In this document: positions 63,119-64,000 of the stretch, piece by piece
Layout: the number at the start of each line of letters is the position of its first letter
Position numbering within the stretch: the first letter of the stretch is position 1
Assembly: GCF_006345805.1 (NCBI RefSeq)
Contig: NC_043000.1
Location: forward strand, 129,518,001-129,582,000
DNA length: 64,000 bases
Origin: Octopus sinensis
Lineage: Eukaryota
Reading direction: 5' to 3'
Notes under the pieces: generated by a model
What the model was told of the DNA's origin: nothing
The model's input: the letters and a program-made list of their open reading frames with translations, nothing else
Databases searched by the model: none
Translations under genes and position numbers: made by a program

Positions 63119-63721
63119 GTATGTATATGTATGTATGTATGTGTCTGTATATATGTATATATATTTGTGTGTGCGTGTGTGTCCAAGTGTATGGCTGTGT
63201 GCAGTCGCTTAAAAGTTTCCAAGTGCAATTTGGTTAGACAGGACCTAAAAATCAGGTTTCCATCTAACAAAAATACCTTCAAAACTCTGAAACCACAAAA
63301 GCACAACAAAACCAACACCGACAACGCCACCATTACGTCTACTATTATTATCATCATCATCATCATCATCATCATCACCAACCACCACCACCACCTTCAC
63401 CACTACCATTACCACCAAGAATAACAGAATAAGGATGGTAGCAACATAACAACACAACGGTAACTCTAACAACGAAAACAAAAACGAAACAAACTCTCAA
63501 AGCAAGAAAAAGTATTTAAGCGTGTATTTCAAAATGTCATACGAACACCTCCCCCACAACACACAAACACAGAGTCATAAACAAAATACTTAAAAGTGTC
63601 GCTAATGTATCTGGTTGCAGCTATAATTCCCTTTTAGACAAACTACACCGGCAAACCTCGTCGACGTCCGCCTTCTTTCACTGCACGCGCTCGCCCATGC
63701 ACACATACTTATCTGTGTGTT

Positions 63722-64000
63722 TGGGAGTGGATTTGATAGACGGAAACTGAAAGAAACCCGTTGTGTGTGTGTGTGTGTGTTTGTTCTCCCTCATCATCGC
63801 TTGACAACCGATGCTAGTGCGTTTATGTCCCCGTAACCGTAACTTAACGGTTCAGCAAAAATGACCGATAGAATTAGTACTAGGCTTACAAAGCTATGTT
63901 AAGCTATGGTGGGGGAAAACACTGAGACACAAACACATACATACATACACACACACACATACATACATATACATATATATATGACGGACTTCTTTCAGTT
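63722..64000. mobile_element. Two SINE family B fragments in inverted orientation
   Basis: Plus fragment at about 63722-63892 followed by a minus fragment from about 63905 to the window end (ATATGACGGACTTCTTTCAGTT). Confidence 0.75.

Noticed and set aside
63245-63481. ELPLCCYVATILILLFLVV as a tetraspanin TM3 exon
   Set aside because: Hydrophobicity comes from GT-rich low-complexity sequence running into (GGT)/(GAT) repeats; the conserved TM3 Glu is absent and the donor is weak.

Overview
AT-rich, microsatellite-dense eukaryotic DNA. The SINE families match what I recall from Octopus genomes; this is recognition, not a database result. There is no complete gene, tRNA or rRNA gene, or CRISPR array, and almost all listed ORFs are microsatellite read-throughs. 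The only well-supported host coding piece is a 99-nt phase 0-0 exon (56282-56380, minus strand) that resembles the start of a tetraspanin large extracellular loop, so much of the window may be intron. The rest is transposon debris: at least four tRNA-type SINE families, RTE-like and R4/Dong-like LINE fragments, a Penelope-like (PLE) GIY-YIG fragment, a hAT element with an exact 8-bp TSD and two nested insertions, and mariner and other MITEs. A 100-N gap lies at 50017-50116. Two observations stand out. (1) Several unrelated repeat families carry minimal type I hammerhead-ribozyme motifs, mostly as outward-facing inverted pairs. One family, with two palindromic copies sharing a central junction plus a single-arm copy, has a compensatory G3:C8 core (GUGANCA instead of CUGANGA). 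(2) Four heterogeneous SINE dimers or trimers are each bracketed by a single TSD, implying they integrated as multimers. Coordinates were counted by hand; the ends of degenerate repeats are approximate.
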